DNA from: Raillietiella orientalis
Lineage: Eukaryota
NCBI GenBank assembly: GCA_036172245.1
Contig: JAYWIR010000022.1
Coordinates: 1,984,001-2,048,000, forward strand
Direction: 5' to 3'
Length of the DNA stretch: 64,000 nucleotides
Of the stretch, positions 12,201 through 25,608 are shown in pieces. The notes under the pieces are model-generated. The model saw only the letters and a list, made by a program, of their open reading frames with translations. It was not told the DNA's origin and did no database searches. Position 1 is the stretch's first letter, and every line of letters starts with the position of its first letter. Both the position numbers and the translations under genes were made by a program.

Positions 12201-15200
12201 GCGTTTTGCAGACTTATGCACGAGAGTCTTTCATTGTGTGCACCTTCGAGATGTTTTCCCGTACGACCTGAAGAAGTGGTCGAAGCCAATGGTGGTGGAA
12301 AAGGGAGTCGTCCTGATTCGAAAGCAGCCGTCCGCACCGCGCCCCTGAGCTCATTTGAGCTCGGAGAGCTGCCGATGTGTTGGGGGCTCATTTCTTCGCA
12401 GCAGCGCCTTCCGAACTCGCTGAAGGGCGCCACTGCGTTCTTAGAGTTCGCGACGTCATGGACTTCGAACCGGAATGGAAATCTTTCTCCTGGAATGAGC
12501 GATGCCTGGTGGGATCCGTCGCTCCAGATCTAGGCGGTGATCAGTGTTTTCTATTCTCGTCCACAAAGACCAACTCCTCATCGGGATTCCTGGTTCCCTC
12601 AAAGCCAGTCGTTCTCTCTTGCGTCTGTCTTGCGTCCGCTACGCGCACCGGCGCCCGGTTCTTCGGTGTTCCCTGCATATCTCCTGCAGTCTTCGAGTGC
12701 GCAGACCCACTCTGCTCCCGCATTTTTCGACGTTCTTTTTCCATTCTCAGCGTGTCATGGACCTCTCTCCTCCAGGTTTTCTGGAAGAACCTGATCATTT
12801 GCACCGCTCTTTGTGTTAGCAGTCGCGTTTACTGAAATTTCAAGGTTCCAGTTTGTGGCGGCGCGCGCAGTCACTCCTCCGCTCGTTTGAAAGAGACACA
12901 TGCTAAGGGAGGACCTCTCAAATAATCGAGTTCTGCAAAAAAAAAAAAACGGAATCTGCCAAAGACTAGTAAGGAAGGGGAGGAAGAGGAACTGGTCGTG
13001 TTCATGCGGAGGTGAGAAGGATAGAAAACCCCGAGTTCCCCGCGCGACCTCCGAGTTTCCTAGGCATCCGCAACACGGACAGCGCTGACGGGCGGGTCAG
13101 CTTCCTCGAGTACGAACACGGGAGACCTGGGGAACGCCTGGAGAGAAGGATTCATCCCTGGATCTGTAGCGGGGATCGAAGGAGCTGGGAACGAGAATGT
13201 AAACGACTTTCGCTGCTGCAGTGCAATGCAATCCTCTCATGCAACGCTACTTTTCCGACGTTGGTCTTCGTTTGCAATGAGGCCCCAGGGGTTACTTGTC
13301 TCACGCGCTCAAGAAAGCATCTGTTGTCGTTCGCACGTGAGCAGAGATCCATTTGTCACTGCTCTCGAGATGGATGCTGCCATGCGAGTCGACGGCGCTT
13401 CGGAAAATTCACCATCCGAGAGGAAGCAATTCGGAGCGCAAGACGCTTTCCGATGAAGATGTGTCATTACGTCACCAGGTGCGCGAGGCAGACGAGCGTT
13501 CCTCCTACCTTGCCCAATCCGTTGTGAGCGTGGCCAATCTTGCAGACGACTGGGAATCTGGGATCGATCGCCTGGAAGCAAGAAAATGGAATTAGCGATC
13601 GACCACGGAGTTTGCAGAGTTCCATCCCGTTCGACTCCTGCGGAGGAAATGGACGCGAGCAAGCCAGAGTTCGCTCGGGATGCACGTCGAAATCCATCGC
13701 CATTCCTTCAGGAAGAGCCACCAACCCGCACCGCGAACTCTACCAAAACTTCACATCCCGACGGAATGAGCTTTCAAGGGTCCCTGGTGCAGCCTGGTGC
13801 TGCCCCCGTTGGCGGCAGCATGGCTCCGCGCGCGGTACCAAGTCTTGCAGGTTCGAATCCTGGGATGGATTCGAACCCGCAACCCGAAAAGGGTCGGCGC
13901 CAAGAAATGGGTGCGTCGTAGGTTTCGAGTTGCTTCCCCCCCTTAAGATGACACTGATGAGACACAGATGAAAGCTGGATGTCCCCGTCGAGTAGCCAAG
14001 ATTGGAAGTTGACTCTCCGGGTACTTCCAGGAATCAAGGAGCTGTTCCCCTCCGTTGTGAAAAGGAAGCCGTCGCTTCCCTCAGGGATGGTCTCTCCATG
14101 TCGTACCGTGGAGCAGGTTGATGCCTCCCTCGGGGGATCGCCTCTCCAGAGTGACAGAATAGCGCTGCTCCCTTCGGGGAGCGCTCTTCAGGGAAATCTG
14201 GGTGCGTCCCTTCGGGGTTCTCTTCAGGGGAGGAGGGAACAAGGAGTGGTTCACTTGTGGGTGTCCTCCGGAGAGAATGAGGAGGAGGTTCCCTTTGGAG
14301 ACAACCAGGAGAGGATTGGTTTTGGATTCCCCTCCCAAGTGCAAAAGGAAAGGACCCCTTCTTCCTCCGGAGCCCTCCCGGAGTAACCTCTAACTTGAAG
14401 AGCTACTCGCCCCCTCGGGTGTTGTGGACAGCGTCAAGGTGTTTCGTGAGCCCCCAGGAGGACGACGGTTCTTGAGCACGTAGCGAACCCCAAAAAAACT
14501 GAAAAAAAAAAAAAGCTGAAAGAAACACACCGGAGCAGAAGAAACTCGCAAGGATTTCCATCATCTTCGCTAGTGGCTCCTGCCGGACCTGTGTGTACTC
14601 TGCATTTTTTTTTCTTCCTTTGTTTCTAATGGAGGGAGACCGAAACGATGCGAAAGAGGTCAAACAGGAGTAGCTCGAAGAGAGCAGTTGAGAGGGACGC
14701 GACTGGTGCTGCAATGGAGCGACAGGAACCAGGTTCATCTCGCCGACCCGAATTTGAATGGATGCTGGGTAAGGATCGTAAGAGGGACTTGGTAAGGGCG
14801 CGTCTAGGCGGCGTGGGCTTCGGGACGTGCGGACCGCGTGAGAAGAGAACGAGGGGCGCGATCATGTTCTGGCAACCGCGGCCGCTGAGACCCGTCTGCT
14901 TCGGCAGGAGAAACGGGAGCAGCTGGCCTGCCTACAGGCCGTGGGTTGCTGTGCTCTTTGAGCAGATCGGAGTTGGTCGATTCAGAGACGCTGCCCCATT
15001 TCTTTAGGAGTTAGGAGCGCGCCATCTGGCTGTCGGAAAACGGGATTCCAAGAAGAAAAGAGGAGAGAGGGAGCTGCTGGGATTCCCTACTTGCTTGGAC
15101 GCCCATCCGCAACCTTCAGACCCAATCCGAATGCAGCCTTTCTGGCCCCTCCTTCCCTGACTCTCTATACCTCCCCCTCCCCCACCCCAAACTCACACAC

Positions 15201-18200
15201 ACATGACGAAGAATTTACCATTTCTCGGTGGTTGGGGTAGTAGTTCTGCTCGATGAGCGGAAAGGTTTCTTTACCAAGGCGTCTCTGGATATCCATCAGG
15301 TGGCCGAAAATCCAAGGCTTATCTTGAAAGTTGTAGATGGCCGTCAGCGTGTTGACGCTGGGAATGTCGCAGTATTTGAGCCCGAGTAGCAAGTTTTTGT
15401 AATCTTCGCCCGCATCTCTCAGGTTCTGCCGAAAGAGCACGAAATCCGGGCGGAAGACTCTGGAAAAAAAAGAAAAACACGTGGCACTGCAAAAGAGCTA
15501 GCACGCTCACGAGCTGCAGGGACCTCGCAAACAAGGCCTTCAGAGCCAGCAGAGGAACCAGCATGTCTCGAGCTGGACTTAGAAGAGAGGAAAGGAAGAT
15601 GGCCGCAAAGCCAGGTAGGATGGGGCGAGCGGGCAGGCGCTGCGCGGAAGAGCACGCCCGCCACCCAAGTGGAAGTGAAAGCGGACCGGGGAAACCCTCC
15701 GAAAACAAAGGCTGTTTGGGAAAGCCCCGTTCTCCAGGGTTCCATGTGAGAAAGCGCACGTGCCTCCCCAGTACCTTTCTCCCTCCCGTACTGCGCTTTC
15801 CTGCTCCCCCTCTCCCTTTCTCTTTTCCACTGTCCGAAGGCACGATCTATCACCTCCTGCAGCGCCACGCTTCATGCTTCTTACGCAAATCGCGCTGCTC
15901 TTCCACATCTCCTCCTCGTCCTCCCTCGCGCGAGCATCTGCTACGGGAGCAGACACGGGCCTTTCACTCCACCCTTCACGCGTACATCCGTTGAAACTCC
16001 TCATGTTTGATCAACACGGCCGCCCGGTCGTCTTCCCCCCAAACCGCCTCCTCCCTACCATTTGCCGAGCAGGCATGGAAGCAGCCCAGAGGCGAGCGGC
16101 AAGGTACGGATCTTGGCGTGCAGATTCTGTGCTCACTTTCACTTTCCTCCGGCACTCTTCACCTTGGAGGGCCCTTTTCCGTCGTCACCTGCCGCGCAGC
16201 CCAAGGAAGAGGAACGAAAGAGTTTCGACTCACAGACTTTACGATCAGCCTTGGAAGCAAGTAAGGTCAGGAGGCCATCCCACCGACTCGGAAGCGCATG
16301 GCGCCTAATTTCCTGGGACGCCGAACGCACGAGCCGCAGCTCCGCGCAGCACACACTCCAGGACACGTTTTCCCTACTGGTACCCTCCCATCACCTTCCG
16401 TCCAAGGATGTGGCCATCCGCCTTCCGCAGTCAGCCGCGCTCCGAGGTGCCTCATCATCCGCACGACAGACGTTCCCGCGACCAGCCTCCTCCGCTCCGT
16501 GGGGATGACCGCGCGAGCTGCCATCCCCGTGGAGCACCTAGCGTGCGTCGGCGGGCTCACGACGGAAGACGGCCTTTCGTTTGGTGGTGGAAAGCATGGC
16601 GTACCCCGGGAGAGGGTCCGGGTAGACGGACGCGCGTCGCACCGTCTCTTGGACCCCGGGCTCGAATGCGCGTTCGCATCTAGGGCGACAGAGGCGGCCG
16701 ATGAGAATGGGCACGTGGTGGGTGCCGCGCCGCCGCCCGCGAGGACGGCTCTTCTCGCCGCCTCCTGCTGCAAGCAGCGAGAGGAAGTCTCTCCTTCTTC
16801 CCGGGAGACCGCCGGGCAGCCTTCTCGGGAAGACACTTGCCCGCGTCGCCTGCCGTGCGAGCGGCGTTCTTGCTGGTCGGGTCAGCGCCGCCTGCTGAAT
16901 CGAAGGGCGCGCCCTGCAGGTGCCGCTCGGGCACGCGCTCTGCCGTCGGACGCCTCCTCCTCGCTCGCACCCGAGGTGCAGTTTGCATTCGCTTGCAACA
17001 GCCCTCAAGAAGGAGCGGTTGCTGGACAGAGACAGGGCGCGTGCCTCTGCGGCGGTTGCGATGCGCGGCCGGGAACCGCGCGGGGACTCCACGACACGTC
17101 TGGCGGCCGTCGCCGGAACACCCGGATCTGCCATGAAGATGCGCGGACAGGCAGCCACGGGTCCCTCCGTCGCGGCGAGCGCTCCCGGAAGCCTCTGCTC
17201 CTCCTCATGATCAATCGGTTCGCGAAACTTCAGAGGAGTCCCATGAATCTTCGGGAAAGGAATTAAAGTGCCCTCTTCAATCAGGCGAGACGCGAGCGTC
17301 TCCGTGTGAGGGACGGACATTTTAATCTTATCGTCTCTTCTCGTCTCGAGGAAGCGGCAGCATTCGGGGACTGGGATGAGCGGTTCTCGGCGGCGGTTCA
17401 TCCGGATCTGGCGGGATTCGCGAGTGACCGCAAGTCTGCACCTTCTGTACTTTCGTACTGAAATCAGAGGATTCTCGCGTGCTCTCTTCATCAGCAGCTC
17501 TTTTGCTCCTCTTCTTTCCGTTCAGAGTTCACATCGTCGAGGACGTCTCCTTGGCGAAGGCGGTCTGGGTCGCGCCCTCAGCTCGGCAGAGGAGTGAAGA
17601 TGAAGTTTCGTGAATCATGGAAACAGGACGTGGGCAACAGAGGTGGTCTGCGGGACAGACGTGGACTCGTGAGATCTCCGAACGAGAAACTGCTGCAGAA
17701 TTCCGGAAGGGAGCATCACGTGAGCTCGCTCCGAGCTCAGAAACGCTTGCAGAACGACAAGCTCTCACGCGAACAGCGACGCTCAGCGAGAGGCAAGACT
17801 CGGAGTCCACGGAACGCGGGTCCACGAAGAGCGCGCTCGCAGTCACTGTTCCTTGTTCGGACCTTTCGTGCCATCCTCTGAGAAGGAGCGCGCATAGAGG
17901 GGTGTCCAATCCCGCTTGTGGTTCCCTTCCACTGCTTCGTCTGCTTCGCCAAGAGCAGAACCTCGCTTGCGTCTTCGAGCCTGCTTCCCTCTTGGGAACA
18001 GCTCGCACACTGCGGGCTGCTGCCTTCTTTCATACGCAACGGTGCTCGCTGCGGTTGCCAACGGTTCTGGAATAGATGGAAGCATGGCGTCGCCAAACGA
18101 GGATCGATCTGATCGAGGAGAAACTTGGCGACTGTGTCTTCTGGGATGTCTTCGGCGAAGCCGCCACCCTAGCCGCCTTTCCGATCAGCACGCAATTTTC

Positions 18201-21200
18201 AGAAGAACGGAGAGTCCGCTCGGCTCTCAACACGGAGGAGGAGGTCGGGGTGCTTCTGCAGGAGGCAGGCTGCTTCTGCAGTCCGGAGACAGCTTTCACG
18301 TTTGTGATGCCCACCTTGAGCGAACGCTCAAGGTCATTTGAGCATCAGCTCCGACGATTCAAGCAAGAAGCAGTTTCGAGGGCAGAGGCGAGGATTGCAA
18401 GGAGTCCGCAGGGACAACCAGATACATCCGGAAAGAAGAGGACTCGCAGGTGAGACATTCCAGCAAGGGTTTACACGAAGAAGGTCAGGTAGTTTACTCA
18501 GCAAGAGCTCCCTCTTTCTTTGAAGCCATCTTATAGCTCATCAGCTCTTGTTGGGCATTGGCCTGAACAAAAAAGAGATATCCGACTAAGCAAAGCTCTG
18601 CTCCTTTTGTCTGCCGCCCTCGGTCGCCCTCGACCTCTCAACTTTTATGTTTCACATTTGCTTGGTCTCTTTCGTGCTCGTTCCGGGAATTATTCTTGCA
18701 GGTTGCTTCTCTTGAGCTCTTCTGGGAATTCGCTTCTTGCTAGGGGCTGAAGTACCCCGCTGCCTGGCAAACTTTTCGGGAGCTAGAAGCAAAGCGCCGC
18801 GTCACTTTCAAGGCTCCACCCCTCCGTCCCTAAGCACTACGGAAATGCCTCGAAGAGTAGAGTTGAAGCCTCCTAAAGAGTTGTGGAGTCTGGGACTCGC
18901 CACAGTTCTCCTGCATACTGAGCATGCCGCTTCACGACTGTTTTTTTTTTTTTCCAGGACAAGTGGGATTCGTGCTACTGCTGACTTGTAGACCGGAAGC
19001 GGCTGGGGGCTGCTGCAAAGAGCCAGACGAAGAGGGCTATTCCATTGAAAGACCGGGGGGGGGGGAGGACGCACCTCAACAGGGGAGGGATGTTCATCTT
19101 CATGAGGAATTTTCCTGGCTTGCATAAGTGCAGCCGTACCCATTGCGTCTTCGCTGCCTCGGTCTCCGGTGAAAGTCTCACGGAGAATGCACGAAGTTAT
19201 ACTCAGGAGCGCAATCGGTTTGGTTTACCATGGCAACGCGTGAGACAAGCGCAGGCGTGTTTACAAAAAAGAAAAACACACACACACGCACGAGGTTCCC
19301 GAAGCCGAGCAGCAGACAACAATAAAGCATGGTCTGATTGTTTACCTGTGAACTCTGCTTCCACCTCGATATGACGTCAGAGAAACCTCTGCACCTCTCT
19401 CATTGGTGCAATGCAGAGACAGCTCTTTGAACTCAGCCTGCTCCACGTGGATTTCGTAATCTCCTGATAGCTTTCTTCCTCGGAAGTATTTAGACCTGGA
19501 AACAACACCACGAGTCACGCTCTGAGCCGTTCCCACACCTCGCAACATCGCATCCTTCTAGCCTCCAGGCGGTTGTTCCGGGAAGGCGTCCACGCGTAGA
19601 GCTCGCTGTGACGCTCATCTTTGAAGAGATCGTTGTCCAGGATTTTTTTTTTTTTTTTTTCGCTCGCCCGACTTGGGAAATCCTTCGACCTCAAGCACGC
19701 CGCGGGCGAAGCTCGGTTTTTGCCTCGCATGGGAGGGCGCGGGGCCGACAGTCCGTGTCCCATTTCCGGTTCCGCCGCTTTGTTTTTTTCGGCGTCCGCT
19801 GGCCAACGTCCTGCTGCAGTTGCGCAGAACTTGTCTTCGGGGGACGCAGCCTTTTACGAGGTCAAACACCTGACCGTCTGTGTCCGGTTCCTCTCGTCCC
19901 TCCGGGCGAGAGAGTGGATCTCCCGAGACGACACGCGAGGCAGCTGCCGCAACCCAGTGCTGGCGCGTCGGCAGGAAACGTCCTTCGCTCGTGCCCCCCT
20001 TCTCGGGACCGTTCGGAAGTGTTCGGGACAAGTGCGGATTTTTCTTGCCCCCGTGTGCCTGGCGGCGAACCGGGAGAAGGGCAGGCCGTGGTCCGAGTTC
20101 CGAGTGGAGGAGGCTGGGGTTTTCCGTCGCAGTGGTGGTTTGTGCACTGCGGGTTCGCTCGGAAGGAGCGCGGACGAGCAGGAAGGGTGCATGCGTTGTT
20201 TTAACCTGCGTGCTTCGCGGTGACGCCGCAGAACGGAATCGGTCGCCAGCGAAAGAGCGCGACCGATTGGTTCCCTGGTGACCCGTTCGGATTCCCCAGC
20301 GCGGAGACGCGACCGCTGTGGTTCACCTCTTCTGCCGAAGAGACCCCCAGGAGGTAGCCGGTCGTTCGAACCGGCGGGAGCCGCGGAAGCACCTGGAACG
20401 AAAGACGGGGAAGAGCCGTCCGGACATACACGGGAAGAGGCGGGAAGTCGCTCCCGGCTCCTTGTCAGAAGATGCGCGCCGCGAAGGACTGAGGGGAGGA
20501 AAGGAAGGAACTCGAACGAAGCAACTCTCAGGGAGCGAGGATTCACCATTGGGAAACCAGAAATCACCCTTTGCCAAGGGAAGATCTGAAAGGGGCGCCA
20601 CTCACAGAGGAACCTGCAAGAGCGAAGATGAGATTCTTCTGTGGTTCGCGGGCCCAAGCGTAAGATCCAAGGGGACCGAGCATTGCAAAGAGCTTTATGG
20701 ATTCGCTTGGAGATTCGGGGCTCCGGAAGACACCGGGAAAAGCTGCGTTCGAAAGGAAGGGCGGATAGGACATGGAAGGGGCCCCGAGCGCTCTGCACCT
20801 TTTCCCCCCCGTGGCCCACCTCCCGCCACCCTGCGCTTGTGCGCGGAAGGACGGTCGGCCGTGGGGCTGAGACCTGCTGCAGTCATTATTCACCTACCCC
20901 CCGGAGTTCCGGAATGCTCAGGAGGGACTCTCCTGCGCTTCCTGCTGACCCAGAATGAGGGAGCGTCCCCCCACCCCTCTGGGGTGGAGAGGACATCTAC
21001 GCAAGAAGCAATTCGTCGGTTACGACGGAAGACTCTGCTCCTTTCATGCAGGTCCTCCTTTCACGTCGTCTCCCTGCAGTACCTGAATCCTCAAAGATCG
21101 CTGACGACCTCGAAGAGGAAGACAACGCCTTTCCCTACCGCGTCTCGCGTGTTCCCATCCAGCTTCAGCACGAAGACTCGCACCGATCAATGCAACTGTT

Positions 21201-24200
21201 TCGAGGGAGCAAGGGCGGCAGAATGCCTGAAGTCCTTCCAGATAAACCCTGAGGCTCGAGACAGGTCCAGAAGTCATGTAGTTCACGGGCATTCCATAAC
21301 AATCGGGCAATCCGAGCTGTTCCTTGAACGAGTAGGAGCCGTGGCGTAGCAAATTCGACCTCAGGAGGTCAGCCGCAAACGGTCAATCGTTCGTGATGAC
21401 AGTTCACGAGAATTGCTCCTGAGGGTGAATTCATAATTGAGGGAAGCAGTCAGGGTTACTCTAAGCCGACGGACATTCGGCATGATGTTTTCTGGAAAAT
21501 TCGAGGTTTCCTCGCCTCCACGGTGTCCCGTTTTCTATTTCAATTGAATTTCAGTGATGAATTTCACGAAATCCTCAGTTTCCTAGCATGTGTGCTCCAG
21601 AACGGTTTCCATGGAGTTCGAGATCCTTTGATTTCCCACCGCTCCTACTCCCTAAAAGGAAGGAGTCGCATTTCCCATGGCTTTTGGGTTGGGTAGCTTC
21701 TAAGGTCTACTTGGGTTTCCAAGGCAAAGTGCTTTCGCTCTTTCCTTGGTCATTTTCTTCTTGGTTTCCGCTCCTCCGACTTTCTCTTTAGGGTTCCCTG
21801 AGCATTCAGCACCATCCAGGTCCACTTGGGGAGTGGGAGGGTGAGGGGTGCATAGCTGAAGGACGGGACCTCAGCAAAGTCGTGCAGCACGTTGCAACAA
21901 CGAGCACGAACGCCATCTGCACGCAAGCGTCGGAACCAGAGCTCCTGCTGTGCGGTTTGTCAGGAAAAAAAAAATGGAAACACAAATCAGAATGGGATGC
22001 GAGGATTACCTAGATTGCCTGGGAGGAAATGCAGGCCCAGAACTGTTTAACATGAACGTGCATCACGCTTGACATGTCCAGGATTGCTCTCTGGAAAGCT
22101 GGTTTCAAACGAACCCATTATGGGCTCCAATCTCTCCATGTCAGATCTCTTTATGGATTATAGTAGCCGTGCTGTTGTAGAAAATCCATTACCCTGACCG
22201 TTCTTGAATCAGAAGCTTCATCCAAGAGGGTCTCACCGCCAGCTAAGTTTTCAGGGAAAGAAGATCGAAACGAACTCGCACGCCGAATTCCGAAAATCCC
22301 TCAGAACCATCCGTTTTCTCTTCCAAAGACTTCTGGCAACCCTGGAATTCCTCCCCCTCCCACTCATGCCTGAGGACATTCTGTTCCCATCCATTTCAGA
22401 ACTAGCATATCTGGCTATGCTAGCAGGGACGCTTTCTCTCCCTCAATGTGCAACCGATTCTCAGGGGAGGGGCACGAGAAGGCAAAAATAATAGGGGTTT
22501 GCTATACCACGCTTGAGGCTTAATAAGGCTTAATGATCTTCGATGATGGCTCGAAAACGAATATTCCCCCTTTCCCTCGTCTTCGCCACCCTCAGTCCTT
22601 GACGACCATTTCGGAGCGAGGCGCGGACTTTCGGAGGCGGTATTCATTTCCGGAAAGCTGCGTTTCCTGAAGTGCGTCCCACCCGATCCCCATTCGCCGT
22701 CGTCGCTGCAGTGGAATAAAAAAAAAAAAAAGAGAGGAGAGGAAGACGCAACATCCTCCTGCGCGAGAGAGCGCTCGAGACGAATTGCCTTCGCCATGCC
22801 GCGCTCGCGGCCCGCCGGACCTCGAGCGCAGAAATTACATGGGGAACAGACAGTAGATGAAATTGTGGACAGCTAACATCCGAGGATGCAATCTGGAACC
22901 TTCGGCCTGGGAAAGATCGCCAAGTTTATGGGAAAAACGGAGCAGAGAGAAACGCTGATGGGAAGCCGCTGTTCGAGGGAGAGGAGCAGCAGTTAGCAGC
23001 TGCCAGAACGGACCTGGACTTTCCACTAAGAAAGCGCATCGGGAACGGAGAACCCAGGGTTCCCCAAGGCAACCCTCAACTTTGACGCCAGCGATCGCCC
23101 CCACACGGGGAGGTGCGAATGCTGCGGAACTCTTCGTGCCGTGGGCCCGGGCCGTAGTATCCCACCGGAAACTCCGAACGCTCCGAGGCCTGCAGACCGC
23201 ACTAAAAACCACAAGAATGAGGGCCACGAGGATACTTGGTACAGCTACCCCCACCAGAGGGAGCGCTGGAGCGAACGCAGAGGTGCTTTGCGGGGGCGGT
23301 TTCGAAGAAGCAGAGAGGTTTGCAATTGCCCATTCTGGCCACGTCCCTGCCAGCCGAGCAATCTGCTCAAGAGAAAACGATTCCGGGGGAATTAAAGGGG
23401 GGATGCTGAGATCACTCAAGGCTTCCTTCCGGGAGGGGTCTCTGCATGCAACTTCCCATCTTCCTCATGTTCTTCTCTCTCTCCCCCCTTTTCCTTGGCT
23501 CCCAGAACATAGGGAAAAAATGTCTCCCTCACTCGTTGAGCCAAATCGACCCGGTCCTTCCTTAAATCACTGCGGGGCCTCCTTGCAAAAGCGTCTTCGT
23601 GTTCTCGGGGAGGGAGTCATTCAGTGAATAGATGCCTCCTGAAGAGGATCCTATCTCCCGCTTGTGTCGCATGTGCCCCTACCGTGAAGGTGAGAGTAAG
23701 GTCCTGGGGGTTGTTGTGACGCCTTCTTCTTGAACTTGGACATCAGTCCGGCACGCAAACCTCGCTAAAAGACCGCGGGGATCTTCAACCACTCCGCAGT
23801 TCGGCAGGCACTTCGAGGATCTTTCGATGGGTCAAAACGGCGAGGAACGCGTCGTGCTTCAAGAGGAGCCGCGGCAGCGGTGCGGCGCCGTTGAGACCCG
23901 GCATCTCGACCGCTCGAACCTGCCTGGTGATCGCAAGATGCGCGGAAGAGAGGGTCCACATGAATGACAGGAAGGTGGAGGAGTCCCTGCCCCGATGGAG
24001 CACAGCCGGCAGAAGACATCAGGGCGGGTTGCGAAGGTGCCGAAGTCACGCGCGGAGAGCGACGGCCGCTCTTGGCGAGCGGAAGGTCAGCACTGGTTCA
24101 TGAGTCTTCCCGCATGAAGCGGACGAGACGGACCGCTCGTCCCGTCCACGGGACGCTACGGGGCGGGAAAAGGACGACGACACGGCTTGAGAAGCGGAGC

Positions 24201-25574
24201 CAGGCGACGAGGCTCCAGGGGGTGCGACTTCCTCGAGAGAGAGAGCGGCGGTCGTCCATGACGACAGTCCACATCGGGACGACTGAGGGCACTCCCACCC
24301 ATCCTGCTCGTTCCTCTCCCGGGACGCTATCCCTTCCGGACCCTTCGGAGTCCTCTGCGAGGATAGCGTCCCGTGGAGGTAGCGTCGCGAAGGAGAGGCT
24401 CCGAGAAGAGCTCATTGCTCAAAGATGGAGGGGGAGATGGGGATGCAAAGATCCTCGGGTCGCTGAATGATGTCCCAACGGGGACCTGGCGTTGGCTTTC
24501 CTCTTCGGAAGAGGCTCACGGACTTCCGAGGCCACTTTTAGACACCATGCTGACGATACCTGGATTCGTAGGTTCCGAAATGGCAGCGTACCCTTGTGGG
24601 GTCGGAGCTCCTTTCTTACCGGGACCTCTCCCTCACCAGAGAAGCTCATCTGCATCTCTGGGGATGCAGGAGACGGTCCAGAGGGGACCTGGTCAAAGCA
24701 GTGGGAAGCGGACGTCGGAGGTTCGGGTGTTGCATCTCGCCAAGGGTGGTGGTGCAGCTCAAGGACGCACCACTCCAGAGGGTAGGGGAGGAGGAAGAGA
24801 ATGATGTGGGAGGAAAAAAAGAATAAGGGGCAAAGATGGAGCCGTGGCTTCAGAAGAGTCTCTTCTGCTGCGGATTCCCCGAGTCGTCGAAGCCACTTCA
24901 GCCAGAATGGAAAAAGGGATGGAATAAAAGAAGGAAACGAGGAAAGGAGAAAGGAAATTGAATCATGGAAGTGTCCTGCGCGATTACCATGGCAATCTCA
25001 CGGGCCGACGCTTTCGAAAAGGGGAAGGGAGAAAGAGTCCGTCCTTCCACCTTCTTGTGCCGCACAAGGCCAGGGACGCTCACCCTCAGCGGATCCTCCT
25101 GGCAGTGCCCCTCCAAAGTGCGGGAAGGAAGGAGAGAAGAGTAAAGGGGGGGGGGGGGCGGAAGGAAAAGTAGACCGGAGGAAACGGGTCCGGCTCTTTT
25201 AAGGAACCGCGGGGGAGCTCTGCATACGGGCGCAAGCGTTGGGCGCGACGGTGGCATCCTGATCCGCCTCCCAAGACCTCCTTTTTCTCCCTCCCCTTCT
25301 CTTTCTTGAATGCGTACAGAGGATGCCACAACTCACCAGTCGGTGCGCTGGTCGTCCACGACCAGCAGGCACTTGAACTTCTCCCTGTGCTGAGGGAAGC
25401 GCACCAGGTGATGGTCCGCCTTGCCCACTGCGGCCGAGGTCAGGCTGCTGACCTTCTGGAGAAAGGTCTCCCGGGACTTCAGGGGCGAGCTGGGGGCGCT
25501 GATCGTCTTGCTACCGGTTCGGAAGCTGAGGGACAGATCATTCTGATGGAAGATGCCGTGGGAGGAGGCGTGGG

Positions 25575-25608
<34 letters not shown>

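Noticed and set aside
13800..13870. Functional tRNA gene
   Set aside because: A B-box is present but there is no convincing cloverleaf; it heads a dispersed repeat.
16298..17491. Long overlapping ORFs (322 and 317 aa; similarly 19854-21349, 29596-30609, 27357-28190) as functional genes
   Set aside because: They are Arg/Ala/Pro-rich and open on both strands because of high GC. Where homology exists, key cysteines are lost and the frame shifts.
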